Origin: Octopus vulgaris
Taxonomy: Eukaryota
Direction: 5' to 3'
Length of the DNA: 64,000 nt
NCBI GenBank assembly: GCA_951406725.2
Contig: OX597814.1
Coordinates: 148,676,001 to 148,740,000, forward strand
Under the pieces are notes generated by a model. The model saw only the letters and a program-made list of their open reading frames with translations. It was not told the origin of the DNA and searched no databases. The position numbers and the translations under genes are program-made. Positions 40,790 to 55,659 of the stretch are shown one piece after another. The stretch's first letter is position 1; every line of letters starts with the position of its first letter.

Positions 40790-42170
40790 ATACAGTAAAA
40801 CAGCATTCAATAAAACAGTGGCCAGCAATGTGTCTGCAGTGCCAGTACACATACACGCATTGGGGCTGCTTGGTTCAATGCTTGTTGAGATCCGAGCCAT
40901 TGATGTAAAAAGCACGCATAATTTCCACATAAACAGTGACGGAGACTGCTCCTATCTAAAACGAAAACAATGGGGCAGAATCTTAACATCGATCAAAAAG
41001 CCTTTTGAATGTCACATAATACTCCTTCTGCAACATATTTTACCAAGAGTCGAAGTCCATCCCTTGACCAAGTTTTCATGCATGAAGCTATCAGCTTATT
41101 GTATGAAGACTTGGAAGGCAGCTCCTTGAGCAACACTCTTTATCTGATATCCTAGAATACATGCTCAAAGAGGTCGAACGACTCTACCGCAACGTATTAT
41201 GAGATGAAATGATGAGCCTATATAAACAGAAAACTATGTATATATATGTCAGTAGAAAGCTCTGCGATGATAGTAACATCGATCTTCAAAGCAGTTTATC
41301 GTGGCCCAATAGCCGAAATACTACCTCCCACTTTGAAGGATATGCGTTTGCAATCCATGAGCAGGAAATATCAGCCAAATACCTAATGCACAAAAGGGAT
41401 ACAGATGTAGGAATAGCAGTAAAATGTGACAATCGATGTAGACTTTGTGGAGCCCACACTGAAGATATGACACACATCATAAGCAGTTGTCCGATAATGT
41501 CATCACGGTATTATCTGCCGATTAGACATGATGTAGCTAGGACACTCAATGATGAAATCCGTCGGAAGGATTATCCCGAGGACAAAGAAATAAGAACCAC
41601 TCACAATGTGGTAGAAGCCATAGGCACTCATAATAGAAAAGGAATAATGGTGGAATATCCCCGTGAAGACCTCAAAATAAAATGCAAGGGCAACAGATCT
41701 GATATAATGATTTTGGATGGAGAACAGAAACTGAGCACAGTGGAAATTTGCTGCTCAGCGGATGTTAACATAAGTTTGAAGCTCAGTGAAAAAGAGAAAA
41801 CCTATGCTGAACAATTGAGATATCTGCAGTTACTCTATCCCAAGGCTTCTCAAAAACAGAGAGGAGAAATCTAATTCGAAGGCTACAGAACCAGCCCATC
41901 ACAGGAACTGTAAAGTCTGTAAAACTTTTGGGAAGATTATCATTTAAATAGTTATGAGCATGTCTAGACATGCAACTATATGCATGAGAATACAGACATA
42001 AAACATGCACATACATACATACGTACGTAATTCCATACGTGCATTAATACCCTGTTGTTGATGTTCATATTCCAATAAAGGTGCCTTGGATCCAGTTTAG
42101 AAACCGGTTCTTTCTCTATTTGCAAGAAATATTGAACAATGTATGTCATAAACTGAATAATGACATACAT
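40790..42170 (+). mobile_element. R4/Dong-like RLE LINE 3' portion embedded in (CATA)n
   Basis: FHINSDGDCSYLKRKQWGR, FEGYAFAIHEQEI, CRLCGAHTEDMTHIISSC (CCHC), RHD and NRSDIMILD..VEICC (RLE PD..D/E-like). (TACA)n lies on both sides. Confidence 0.85.
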
Positions 42171-45100
42171 ATATACATGCATACATGTGCCTATGTTTTG
42201 TGTATATCCACACAGGACAAAGGAAAATTACAACATGATTTGTTCAGCACCCTGGTTTTGTACAATAATAGCCTAAAATATACTGCAAAATAACTCCACA
42301 TAACAGTGCACAGTTCTTCTTTACAGTTTCAACTGACACTTACACAACAGTATCATTTACTGAAAACAATAGAGAAGCTGGACATGAAAGGAAGAGAGTA
42401 ATGTCGCAGCATTGATCAGGATATTTGTTTCTGCGTGTAAAATAAAAAGATCTCCAAACAATCAGAGTCATCTACATCTCTGTTTAACTGTGCAACTATA
42501 ATAAAAAAAATAGTATCTCCGTTAATCCAGCCAATAAAATATAAAATTAAAATGATAATACACACAGAAATACTCACATAATGATTATTATAAGGAAACA
42601 TATGTGCTATCATAAGTTGTACATCGACGATTATTGTAGCAGATATGCGGCAACAATCGTGGTTAGATAGCGTCGACTTAATATGATTTTAAACGCTCGC
42701 TATATCTACTAGTAGTAATAACCATTTCACCGTCAAAACGAGGAAGATATTGGATACATTGTGCCTTAGAAAATGATGGGATGACACTAACTGGAACACA
42801 TTTGATCACGGGTTTCCTCTCACAGTAACGATAATGAGCTACACTGACGCGAACACAAGATGAACAAAAAATAGAAGCAACAGAATGTGCAGAAGGAAAT
42901 GTACACACACTGCATGATTAACCACTCATACTGCAACGAAGGGTCGACTTGCGCATATACGAAACTGACAAAAGGAACATCACTATATTTAATACTTGCC
43001 ACCAGCACAAAGGCTATGTACGAAGTGTAGAACGAAAGAAGAAAATAAAAATATAAATCGTGCTCCAATATTTAGGTGAATGTCCGCATGTAATACCCGA
43101 AGAGAGATCAGAAATAGAAATAGAAGAACTCATACAAGTAAAATGATTGAACTGGCCACAAACTAAACATATGATCTTACAAGGCAAGGAAGGCATCATG
43201 AAATACTACACCCCTTACAAAGCATCTAAACTCTCATAACTGGGAAATAAGAAGACACCAATAAAAATTGAGCAAGGAAGAAGAACGAAATTAAATATTA
43301 ATGAAATGAGATACCATGTGAATAGAAAAGATATTGGATGTAAATCGAAGGTTGCAAATGTGTTACTTTTAAAGTTATGCTGCATAAAATAATTTGTACA
43401 TGGTTAGCGCTTCTTCAAGCAGAATCATATTAGTGAAACTAATACTAAAATATTCTACTATATCTTGAATAACGTTCACCAGAAATAAATATAGAAATAC
43501 ATTAGCAGAAAGTGTGAAATGAATATATAAAACATGATCATATCCACAAGCAACTGGAATACACCCAAAATTGATAAACCGTTCCAATTTATGTTTAGAA
43601 TATTTAAACAGTATACGCAATGGTTTGCATCAGCAATCAGTTAATTAAAAAATAACATCCAACTAAGAATACGTCACTAGTCATTAAGAATAAAAGCAAA
43701 ATTTTAATTACCAGAATCAAAGGCAACAATACACACATAACTTCGGAATATAACGTGTCTACCAAAATTTTGCGAAGCATAGGCTTTTACGTTCTGCTAC
43801 GGGTTAGCTACAGAAATGTAGATTAATATCTTAGAAGAGCGGAGAGTATGTAAGAAAGATTTGACTCCCTCTGTTATAAAGAAGAAATAAATAAAAGAGA
43901 AAACAAAGCCCAAAGCCCGAATATTCAAGATGAATTAAGTAACTCACTGCATATAAAAGAATACCACCAAGGCCTTAATAAAATGGAATATAACAACATT
44001 TAAAACCTGAGGAAACAATAGAAACAAACCTTTCCTCATAGAATAAAAATATTTTATAGTGATTCATAATTCTCACAACGTTTCTCTTCAGCCAAGACTG
44101 CCATAACATTTTTGCCGATTGAAGTATCATTGGTTGCATATTATATGGGAAAGCGTTAAACCTTATTCTCAATATCGATGAGTTAAACTATACCTGTAAG
44201 TGACAGCAGCCACTTGAAATGCATACAAAATTGAACACCAAGTCAGAAATGACATGAACATGTGTATGATATGTAGTAAATGTGACAACTTTTTAATAAT
44301 CTTGAAAAAGCAATAAGCATGTGGCTGGATATGAAAGCAAATCTGTACCAATCCTAACCAGAACACCAGACGTGATAACAGCATTAAAATGATATCGGAC
44401 AATTATAAATCATAAAGTTAACTCAGCTTCTTAATCTCACGTGGTGCATCCTACATTCTATGTAAAACATCGTATGTTGTTGTAAAAAAATCACCTTACA
44501 ATCGGGTGCTTCCGGTTCAAGCGTTGCTCCCCTCCGCCGAATATTTCACAGTTTCTGAGTTATATTGTGACATACATATGGCATCCACTCAGTTGAAGCT
44601 CATCGTCTCTATAGCAAATAATTAAAAAATCTTTGTATTGCAGAGCTGCATGTGATTTCACTTGAAGGAGACAATTTCTATCGACATCAAAATGCCAACA
44701 GCTGCGCAAACTGCCGGCCACTGCCAATTCTAGAATTTTTTGAACTTCAGCCATGTCTATAACGAAAGCTTATACGTCATTTACCTTTGGGAATAAAGAA
44801 TACAGAAATTTCCCCTAGATTGTGGATATGGTAGAATAGGTTGTGGAAGAATGTAATTCCACTCTATAAAACAGCCAGTTTTCTCTTCGGGTAAGGTCTC
44901 ATGAATTTCAATTACAAAGAGGAACTTGAGGGCAATCAGCGTGGACAACGTCGTGCTGGTTTCCATTAAGGAATATTTCTTTCTAAAATATGGAAAGCAT
45001 TGTTATTGTTGACTTACGTTTGCTTTAATTTATCTCATTTTTATTTAACCATAATAGTTTTTGAGAGAATTCTCTATTTCACTGTATGGTATTGCAAAAT

Positions 45101-45184
45101 TCCTAGTCTTCCAAATTTTTATCATTTTACTATCATATTTGCTGTTCTTGCTTCAATAATATTAGCGGTGCCCATTTGGATGTA

Positions 45185-45745
45185 GGTGGATGGATGTTGA
45201 CTTACCCCCGAAGAGCAATCGAGATTTCTGCATGCAGCTGTATTTGAGGTGCAGAGACTGCTTCACGTAAGTAGATTTCGGAATACGTCAAAGTCATCGT
45301 GAAAGGTAAGGGTCATATTCGGTACTCTTGAGGAGTAAGCATTCAGCATCTAAGAATGGGAAATCAGTTTGTATATGAAAAACAGTGAATGTTGGGTGGG
45401 CGCAGGGTGCAGGTGCGTGTGATAGGTTAATCGATGAGTGGGCGAGGGTGTTAGTGAATGATACAGAGTAAGAGGTTAGAGATTGTCATGGACGGGGTTG
45501 TGAGGAAAGAATGATATATTTGAATTAGAATGGGATGGCATAGGAAGACTCCATAAGCTATGATGTTGCTGCAGAGAGCTGGGTAATGAATAACTGAATA
45601 ATGAGTGAAAATTGCATTTTCAGGGAAGTTAAATTGGTTGGTTGAAGACTGGAGCGCCAAGGGAGAAGAAGTGTAGACTTGTAGAATTGGCAGCTCAGAG
45701 AAGAAGATGAAGGAACGGAATTAGGAAGACAGAAGTACACGAGAA
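45185..45745 (-). mobile_element. Probable Penelope-like N-terminal fragment
   Basis: C/T-rich minus strand; FLDAECLLLK and DFDVFRNLL resemble the pre-RT region of Penelope ORFs. Confidence 0.4.
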
Positions 45746-46079
45746 TACACCCACCAAACGACTCGTCAACACCCTAAAATTACCAATCCTTATGCCACGA
45801 CGGATAATGAATATAACACCGGGCTAACACTAGATAACCATAACCTTGTAAATTCCTCTTTAGAATTCTTCTAGAATCCTATGCAGCTGTAAACTTCCAA
45901 GTTCCTGTCCTTTAGATCATATATGCCTCACTAAATATTGTCTATAAATGCGTGGTATCTGTTAAGGAGTCCAATGAAGTACCTTCAAAGCCAGGGCGGC
46001 TACGCGCTATTCTAGCTTCAAACTATTGTTGGACCTGGATTTTATCTAATGTGTTCCCTACATTTGGATTTATTGGATT

Positions 46080-46110
<31 letters not shown>

Positions 46111-46575
46111 ATGTTTCATATGTTTACCCACGTACACACAATATACACATATATAGTACACTTTCTTAATGCTGCTATAACACCGTGTGTTATAAATCCT
46201 AAATAGTTAGAGCCACCTAATTTAGAGTTAGAAATCCTCTTCTTTATATGTGTAATTTCTAACTACTTATAAGGCAACAAAATCTCGTAAATCGCTTCAT
46301 GAATACAGTAAAGTTATGTGATTAGATTTACAAAAATATAAAATCAATGAAGAAAATTAGAAATGGACTTAAACTGATTCGTTTAATTAAATGTAGTCAC
46401 TAATTCCTCGAATAAGAACAAAATCACATATACTATTTTGTAGTAAATATATTTAATAGGACGGGAGAAACTACAAATGTTAACAACGTGTGAATCAGAT
46501 AATAATTAAAGTGAACTAAAAATAAAAGAAGACAATAAGCACTACATATGTATATGATAAATTGGAAGTTTACTG

Positions 46576-46610
<35 letters not shown>

Positions 46611-46612
<2 letters not shown>

Positions 46613-48464
46613 GGAGTGGCCATGGGGAAAAGAATGGGCCCCAACTATGCGAACCTGTTCGTTGGCTACGTCGATGCCCAAATATTTTCAAGTTTCACTG
46701 GTCCCACTTCTGAACTATAGGGTCGTTATATTGATGACTGTATCGGTGCGACCTTCATCTGCCGTGAACATCTAGACGCTTTCCTCTCTTTTGTCAAATC
46801 TTTCCATCCTGTCCTCCAATTCTCCTGCACTATTTCCGACATCTAAGTCGCCTTCCTCGATATTTCACTCAGCATTCATCACTCCACTGTCACCACCTCC
46901 ATCCACTACAAAGACACAGACTCACTCTCATACTTCAAATTCTCCTCCTCCCACCCTAAATATACCAAGCTCTCTATCCCCTATTCCAGTTCCTCCGTCT
47001 ACGCAGGCTCTGCAGTGGCAACAATAACTTTCAAACTCGGTTTCAACTCATGGCTCCCAACTCCATCCTACGTGGATATTTCTTCACCACTATTCACACC
47101 GCCCTTGCTAGACCACGCTCCGTGGACCGTGCATCTGTTTTCTCCCACGCACCCGTTCCGCCGTCACCCGTCTTCCCTTTCCCCTCACCTCCACTCCACA
47201 AACCTACCTCTCCAACGCACCATTCTCCGAGCCTTCCGGCGACTCCAGTCCGGGCCCTCCACTTTGCACATCTCCCCTAGCCGACTCCTCCCCTCCTTCA
47301 AACAAGCCCACAACCTACGGCACATCTTGGTCCACAGCTTCTTCCCTAACCCAACCTCCCAACACGACTCGTTCCCCTGCTTCCGTCCACGCTGCCGCAT
47401 TTGCCCTTACCTCTCCAACACCATCCTCCTCACAGGCATCCATCATCAACCCTATCATAAAATTGGCTCTTTCACCTGCATTTCTGTCAACGTCATCTAC
47501 TGCATCTCCTGCTGTCTCTGTCCTCTATACGGTCAATCGGGACGCCGCTTGGCTGACCGGTTCGCGGAACACCTACGAGACATACGACTCAGGACCGACA
47601 CCCCGGTCTCGCACCATTTCCACTCTCCCGGTCACTCTTTAAAACACCTGTCTGTGTTCGGAGTTTCTTGCCCAGGTGCCATCCGGACTCCCGTCTTCGC
47701 CGTGAGCATGGATTAATCTTCTCTCTTCGCGCCTTTGCACCATATGGGCTCAAATCTCCCCCCATCTTCATATTACCCTCCTCCTCTCTCCTCTCTTCCT
47801 CTCACACCTCCTTCCTCCAACCCACCTCTCCTCTCATGCTCTGGCACCTACTTCCTCTCTTTATTCCTACCGACTTTCACCTTTCTACTCTCTCCCTTAA
47901 TGCTATCCAAACCCTACATATTCCAACCCTACCGTTCTTATGCAGCCCATCCGAAACCGCCTCATCCCTGACACCCCACCCTAGGTTCCCCCACTCTCGC
48001 CTCCCCCACCCCAACACGACCACACTACACTACACGCGACTACCACACCATATCACACCCCCAGTACACACTAGCAATGACCACTTCCCAGCACCTACAC
48101 TATCATACACACACCTACACATGCACGCACGCTCACGTCAATTTCCCCATCCCCCTTCCACACACATACACGCTCTCACATACACACGAACGAGCACCTT
48201 CGTTTTGGGATGACACCTACTTTATTATTTTCACTACATTATTTTCTCTCCTTCTTCCTAGCTCTCCTGTATGGCCCCGCTGTCCGGCATTCGCCATGAC
48301 AAATCGCTAGCCACTAGACGTATTTCTATTTTCCTATTTCTCTTTATTTCTATCGAAGATCGTAGGCTCGAAACGTAAAAGACTTTCTCACTTCCCGAAC
48401 GTTACACTAATACATCTGTTGTTGTTTACGCACTAATTTTATTTTGTTTCTTTTTTGTAAATTC

Positions 48465-48467
<3 letters not shown>
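46611..48467 (+). mobile_element. Penelope-like retroelement (RT C-terminal half, GIY-YIG and pLTR), frameshifted
   Basis: GVAMGKRMGPNYANLFVG, RYIDDCIG, VAFLDI, HYKDTDSHSY, CFRPRCRICPY, FTCISVNVIYCISC..YGQSGRRLADRFAEHLRDI. (TA)n on both sides. Confidence 0.95.
48345..48382 (+). ncRNA. Decayed minimal hammerhead motif in the pLTR
   Basis: UUU-CUAUCGA-A-GAUC(GUAG)GCUC-GAAAC-GUA-AAAGA; homologous to 20043-20080. Confidence 0.5.
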
Positions 48468-48516
<49 letters not shown>

Positions 48517-49135
48517 GTATATATTTGTGTATGCTCGCGTTGTGATGTGAAACTTGAACTTGAAAAAGTAATTTAGATAAAGGCAAAATATCTAAAAACG
48601 TTAATAATAATCAGTTGCCATATATATTAAGCAGAAATGGCGAGAAAAGTTGTCTGTCGGTTGTCAATATTGAGCAATATTTGAGTGCACATTAGAGTGA
48701 AATTAAGCAAAGTTCACATATTGTGGACCAAAAGCAGGATCAGACGATTTAACTTCAACTGCATATGCTAAGAAAGTAACCAAGAAACATACAATCAGCA
48801 AATATAGTACCTCAGACCTTACAAACTCAAAATATATCGTCAGAAATGGTCGAATTGCAGCAACGAAATCCTGACGGACATTTTGTGTTATCTTCGATGT
48901 GAAATGTGGGTATGAAGTATTAATGTAAGAAGATAAGATAATGAATGTTCGCAACTGGGGAGAAGAAAAAGGAAACGGCAAACAATATATTTATTCTGAT
49001 CAATATTGTCATTTCATTTGTTGATCATATTACATACCAGGACATTAACAGCTATCACAATACAAGTATACTGAGCTGGAAAATATGTTGTTTGAGGCAT
49101 GAATATGACTGCAGAACAATTAATGTATATATAGG

Positions 49136-49146
49136 ATGATAATAAT

Positions 49147-49185
<39 letters not shown>

Positions 49186-49445
49186 TATAATAATAATAAA
49201 GAAGAAGAAGAAGAACAACAACAACAACAGCAATAACAACAAGACCAATAACAACATAATAATTATTAGTATTAGAAATAACAGGAGCAACAAGAACAAA
49301 AAGAAAGCAGGAAAAAGAGGTGGAGATAAAGAAGAAGAAGAAGAAGAAGAAGAAGAAGAAGAAGAAGAAGAAGAAGAAAAGAAGAAGAAGAAGAAGAAGA
49401 AGGGGGAAAGGTAAGGGGAAGAGGAAGAAGAAAAAGAAGAAGAAA
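49136..49445. repeat. (TAA)n/(CAA)n/(GAA)n compound microsatellite
   Basis: Directly visible. Confidence 0.92.
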
Positions 49446-52400
49446 ATAAACAGAAATCACCGAATATGCAGAAATCATATCTTTACATACATTCGAAATC
49501 ATAAATTTGTTAGCACAATTCACACCTTACAGCTACCGATTTCAATTTAGAATATTCTTATAGTGAATATTCATCATTCCTTGTTGCTATACGACTCACA
49601 ACTCACACTCTTACATAAAGGTAATCTGACACTATAGTGTATCACACATAGCATCATTTTAAGGACCGACAAGATGACGTTTTAAAAGATACATTTACAA
49701 GGTTTCAGTAGTTTTACGATGGCTGCGGAGAAAGACGAGAAAATGCATTCAATAAACAGATATTGCTTCAATATCAAGCAATTACCTTGTGCTAATCAGA
49801 TTACTACACAAAAAGCATCGTTCTTCTAGCAAAAGTTATTTGTTTTCCAAAATCTTGCTCACATCCTCTTGTTGCATGTTCAAAGCAGCCTTATTCCCAT
49901 GTCGACTTTCCAAGAAATTTTACTCTTCCTTATATGAACTACAAAAAGGAAGATTAACCTTTGTAGTAATAAAATTTAATGATCCTGAAATCGATTTCAG
50001 TAATTAAGTTCACTGATACCAAAATGAAACATCAATTCTGACAGAATTATTAAATCTTATATAAAAAATAATCACTAGAATGACTTTTACACAAGTATGA
50101 AATTTAAAGCTAAAACAACCTTAATGTCTAGTATAACTGATTTAATTTCAGAGAAGTTTTAAATGAAGAAAATGAATTTATGTTCATAATGCGGTCGAAT
50201 CATAGCATTACCTATTCTACACCCGACAACAACAGTTGGAAGCCAAACTCAGGTATTATCAATTTTTTAACTATGTGGGATTGTGAGGAGAATTCACTCA
50301 TCGCTTTGCGCGCATCTCGGTCACGCCGAGCTGACTGCACTCATAGACATGTACAATCTCTAATTCCGCGTCGGTATAATGACAGGTCAAAAATATTTAA
50401 TATCCGAGTTGAAAATCCTCCAGAGAAACTTTATTAGCTTCTTTCACCCAATGAAAGAACATCACACAAATTATCGTTCATCATGCTTGCCACACATTAC
50501 TTACCAACGGTGACATTTCTCACCTAGTTACTGACAAAGGTTTGAAAATATTCTAGATACCAGGCTCCCAATCAGAGGTTGAACTTTACAGAGGCATATT
50601 ATTTTGACTAAGTTTCCTTCCTTAGGTATTCGTGGACGTTTCAGTTTCAAATGTAATAGTCAGAAAAAATGTTTAAATAAATAAAAATAAGGCATCAAAT
50701 TAGTGATATTTAATATAAAGTGGTAAGGAAACATTCTAATTTTTAGCACAAATATACAGTGAGAAGAATAAACGTTGATTTAACGTTTAAGGTATGTCGT
50801 GAATATAGTTAATAATTTTTAGAGAGATATGCCGTAGAGGAGGATTAGGAATAGTGATTGAATAAATGTGCCATTTATAAGACATTTTCTTTTAAGGTGA
50901 ATACAAAATTATAGATTATATTTTTCAGTATGAACAGTTAATAATCCTGAAAATGAAATAAGCGATTAAGATCACTGATACCCATACATAGCGTCAGTTT
51001 TGACATAATTATTAGTTATTGATTTATTATAAAATATAAGGAGAATGCCTGAACAAGAGACTTCAAGAAATATCAAATCTAATGTTGCTTTCTCCAATTC
51101 CAGAACAACATGTAAAATATTTTAAATTTTGGAAATATAAAGAAAATTAAGAAATACAATGTAAAGGCCCCTGCAAAACCAAACAAAATAGGATTATGTC
51201 TTAAACAAGGAACATAGATATATTACGGATGATAATGAGCTTAAAGCACATACATGGCTTACTAATGGTGTGTCTGTCTGCAACTGAAATATATTTAATA
51301 ACAATAAAATTAAAATAGCGAATAAATCAAAACAGTACTGTGGAGCACGAATTCCGAATATAAACTTGGATATAAATGTGGTGTAAGCTGAATGCATTAG
51401 TTGTGAATAGAATTTCGCATAACTCCAGATGGAATTTTAATATATTTAAGAAAAAATATTATGAGACTAGACAGATATATAACGGGGGATTCACTTGCCC
51501 AGGTATATTTAAATATTTCTGTATTAAAATCAGTTTTGGAAAATGCACACTTTTATCACAGGCTGGATAACAACATAGAGAACTAACTATTTTTTTTAAA
51601 AAGAAATACAAAAAAAAGCGTTTGAAGTTAGCTCCTTCTGGTTTATCACATTTACAGACATACAAGCGCTGAGGGAATTCGTATATGTTGGATGGTTCAC
51701 TTTCATATAAAGAATGCGACTACAGTCATTCAAGAAAGCTTTTGCATGGTAGCTCACCCTGATAGAAATAGCAACGAATCTTATAAAATCACACACTCAC
51801 TGCGGTTGTAATTAAAGAATGATACATTTCACAAAAAACTTGTTACAACATCAAGATTAGAAAACTCTTGCCAATAAATCTTCCCAGGGAGTGTTGACTT
51901 GTGTTACACAATAGAACATCCTTGTTCGAACTTCTGCTCAATTTCGGATGACCTGGTATGAGAACATGACAATGTACTACTTAGACTAATAAAAGAACAC
52001 GTGTGGAACGTATAGGTTTGTGTGCGGACAAAATAATATGTTGACAGGCAAAAATAGAAACAACCGAAAATGAAATAAATCATTTCTATAGCAAAGGAAA
52101 ACTATTCACTGCTTCTCAAAGAAATGAAACATTTATTACGGCAACTGTTTCTTCCTGGAGTGTAGACTTGACATGTGAACAAAAGTCACTGCGTGAAATT
52201 CAGATTAAGGAATATATTTCCCAAAGAGATATCTTATTCTTACTTCATTTTCCGTTTGTATTAATTATTAGTTTTATATATTACGAAAAATGCAAATGTT
52301 TCTCAACACTAAAAAAAGAATCTTTTGTATCAACAATATTTCGTACCACTCAGATCTATCCCATGCATCTACAATCTGCAAGTATAATATTTACAACAGT

Positions 52401-52664
52401 ATTGACACCTCAATGCTAATAAAAGAATCACGCATTCAATCTTCGCAAATAACATCATACCCTATTGAAACAGTAAATGGAATTTAATTCTTTAAATACG
52501 GCCAGTTTGATTGTTTAACTGAGATACTAGAATAAAGTTTGACACCGACAAGTCTTCTTTAAACAGAGCAACAGCATTATTAAAATAGAATACAAGTTAA
52601 AAGCTCTTAGGTTTCTTTCTGGACCAAGAGTAAAAACAGAAAGGGAGGAATATTACAATTATTT

Positions 52665-53055
52665 TATCTTTTAAACTGCGCCTATGTTGGGGCACCACAA
52701 TAAAATGATTAGCCGAAGAATTGCCCCTATTACTTTTCTTTTTAAAATCTGGTACTTATTCAATCATACTCTTTTGCCGACCCGTAAAGCTACAAGAACG
52801 TAAAATCAGTAATAGAGGTTGTTAAGCGGTGGAAAATATGGGGAAGACCCAACGACGCGCACGGACACACACATACATATATACATATAGATATATACAT
52901 ATATCTTTCAATCTTTATCTGACAAATCACAGGACTGTGCTCGGCGCGGGGCTATAGTAGAAAACACTAGCCCAAAATGTCACACCGAGGGACTGATCCT
53001 GGTACCATGCGTTTGGGAAGTAAACTTCTTACCAGACACGCATGCCTGCTCCTAT
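52665..53055 (-). mobile_element. SINE family B, full-length decayed copy
   Basis: Reverse complement of the head, internal microsatellite and tail organisation seen at 58498-58925. Confidence 0.8.
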
Positions 53056-54699
53056 TTGAATTTAAAAAATCCTATTATCATCAGGAATCATTTATGTAAA
53101 GGGGATTTTTAGTGCATTCTCTATTTTCTATGTTCACACCGTGCATGTACAGTACCAAAGATAGACGTTTCTCCATTTGTTATTTTCTGATAAAATATAT
53201 AGCTACGTTGACCGGTTGTCGTTAGGTTTTCAAGATTTTTAGTCAAAGCTCTCATACAGCATTTTCCTTTGTTTTACATTCCCCAGGATAGGAGACGTTT
53301 ACGTGTGAAAAATTATTTGACATCCTTGACTGACAAATAAATGCGTGAGTCCAAATTTCTGAATTAGAGTAAGGTCAGAGAGATATCTGCCGAAGGTATA
53401 CTAAATTTAAGCAAGAATAAACTCACAGAACAGTAAAGAGATTTATCAACATATAAGCCATAAGATTATTTATGTTGGTTATCACGTCATAAAAAAAGTT
53501 AAGAATGTGAAAATTATTACTGCTACACTAAATTTATCACAGAAAGAGGAATGGTATTTGGTAATCAAAATTACAAAATACATTAAATAACTAATGCCGT
53601 CTCTGAAGACAATAATCAATAAAATAAATAAATAAGCGCACGAAACAGATAAAGAGTGGAACATTAATGAGAAACATTGTGACATGACAAGTTCAATCTG
53701 TAATGGAAAATTAGCAGCGAGTAAGTCAATTATTTTGGCATCCTTCCAAAGGGTTAGAGACAGAAATATAAACTGAGTATATAATCGTTGGAAGAAAAGC
53801 GGTGCGAAACAACACGCTTGTCCAACGAATGACAAAGTATCCTAAATTGTCAACCATATACGTTGCACTCATCATTTGTTGAAACTAAATTAACCAGACC
53901 CGCTCTCATTAGAGAAAATAACCAATGAAAATTGATACAATATATTATTAATAACGGAGGACATGGTCAGCAGAAAAGGAATATAACATGAAAACAATTA
54001 TAGTAGACTTGATCAAATGAATCGTAAAATTCAAATGAATTCAGATGAACGTTACATTTAATATAATGGGTATACGTAAAACAACGTCAGAACACTTATT
54101 CAGAAAATGATTAAGGCCGAATAGAAGGTACTGTCCAATATCCCACGTAAGATTTGAGGTAATAATCAAGAGTGGAATCTGTGGAGATCATGTTATTGAA
54201 ATTTTGCCGAAAGTAAAGGAGAGCCATTAACGTTAGGTTTTCAAATATTTCTCAATACCAAGTTGTATTTTGTCTTTCCTGAGCGATAAAACAGGTGGCA
54301 ATAAACATCTTACATCCGTTAAAATGAACTACAATTTTTATAACCAAGCTGGTCTTCTGCTAATGTCTGAAATCACTATTGAGGGTCATACATGAATAAT
54401 GAGTATTCTTACAAACATACTATAATGTACAAGGAAATATTTGGTGACGTAGTTTTAAAAATATGTTCTTTTGATAAGTTCTAAATGCTATAAGCGGAAC
54501 AACGTACGAAAACAAATATCACTTACCATCTAACACCATTTTTACAGACACTAGTATGAATTCCCAAACGCACCTATAAAACTGTAACATCTCTCAACTT
54601 CCTTCGTCATCTCTTTTCACATTTGTAGCTGAAATTATCGCACTTGTCTATCAATGAGCTTATATGTTCAACAACGTTTATTACTGTTATTCAAGGACA

Positions 54700-55090
54700 G
54701 GCGGCAAGCTGGTAGAATCGTTAGCACCCCCGGCAAAATACTTAACGGTATTTCGTCCGTCCCTTACGTTCTGAGTTCATATTCAGATGATGTCGACTTT
54801 GCATTTTATCCTTTCGGGGTCAATTGAATAAATACCAGCTGAACAATGGAATCGGTGTAATCAACATATCCACTCCTGAACTTGCTGGCCGTGTGCAAAA
54901 CATTTGAAATGATAAACGGCAATTACTCTCGCTTTAGTTTATGAGTTCAAATTACACCGAGTTCGACTTTGACTAATATCCTTTCGGGATTGATGAAATA
55001 GGTACCAGTTGAGCAATGGGTTCAGTGTATAGATTATATTCCCCCAATCTCGAAATTGCTGGCGTTGGACCAGAATTTGAGACCATTATT
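54700..55090 (+). mobile_element. Two tandem SINE family A copies
   Basis: GGCGGCAAGCTGGTAGAATCGTTAGCAC head, GAGTTCA B-box-like segment, and ATCCTTTCGGG core present twice. Confidence 0.85.
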
Positions 55091-55659
55091 ATCAATGTAT
55101 CGACTATTTCCCACAAAATTTCAATCCCTCTGCCTATCTTACAAAGAATTATTATTTCTGATGTTGAATGAGAGAGCAATGCATGCCATCAAAGTAACCC
55201 TGGGATACAAATATATGAAGTCAAATATACCCATCATGACTACATTTCTTATAAACGTAAATTAGGCACATGTAAGTTAAACAGTGCAATAGATAGATTT
55301 ACAATTTTCTTCACGTTGAGTAGCCCATCCCTCTCAAAAGGTCCCTGAATAACGTTTGATTAAATATTACAAACGATGCCCTCACGTATTTTAAACCCCA
55401 AAGAATTCCCTTCAACATATGGCTATGATACTCTTTCACTGCTCCTGCTCATGATCATAACTGCACATATTGTCATCCACTAAGGAACATACGCAACTGC
55501 TTAAGGTCAGCCAACTGACAAGGAAATCTGTAGCGTTGACCAGAATGATTGCTATAGCCCATCTTTGGCACCAGGACAAAACATGTACATGATAACACAA
55601 CTAATCAGTCAATATCAGAAGCCGTAAGAGCCATTGTGGTTATAATTATTGTGATTATT

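Noticed and set aside
55165-55640. Sequence that seems to be an abundant interspersed repeat
   Set aside because: Single copy in the window with no diagnostic motif, so it cannot be supported from this sequence.
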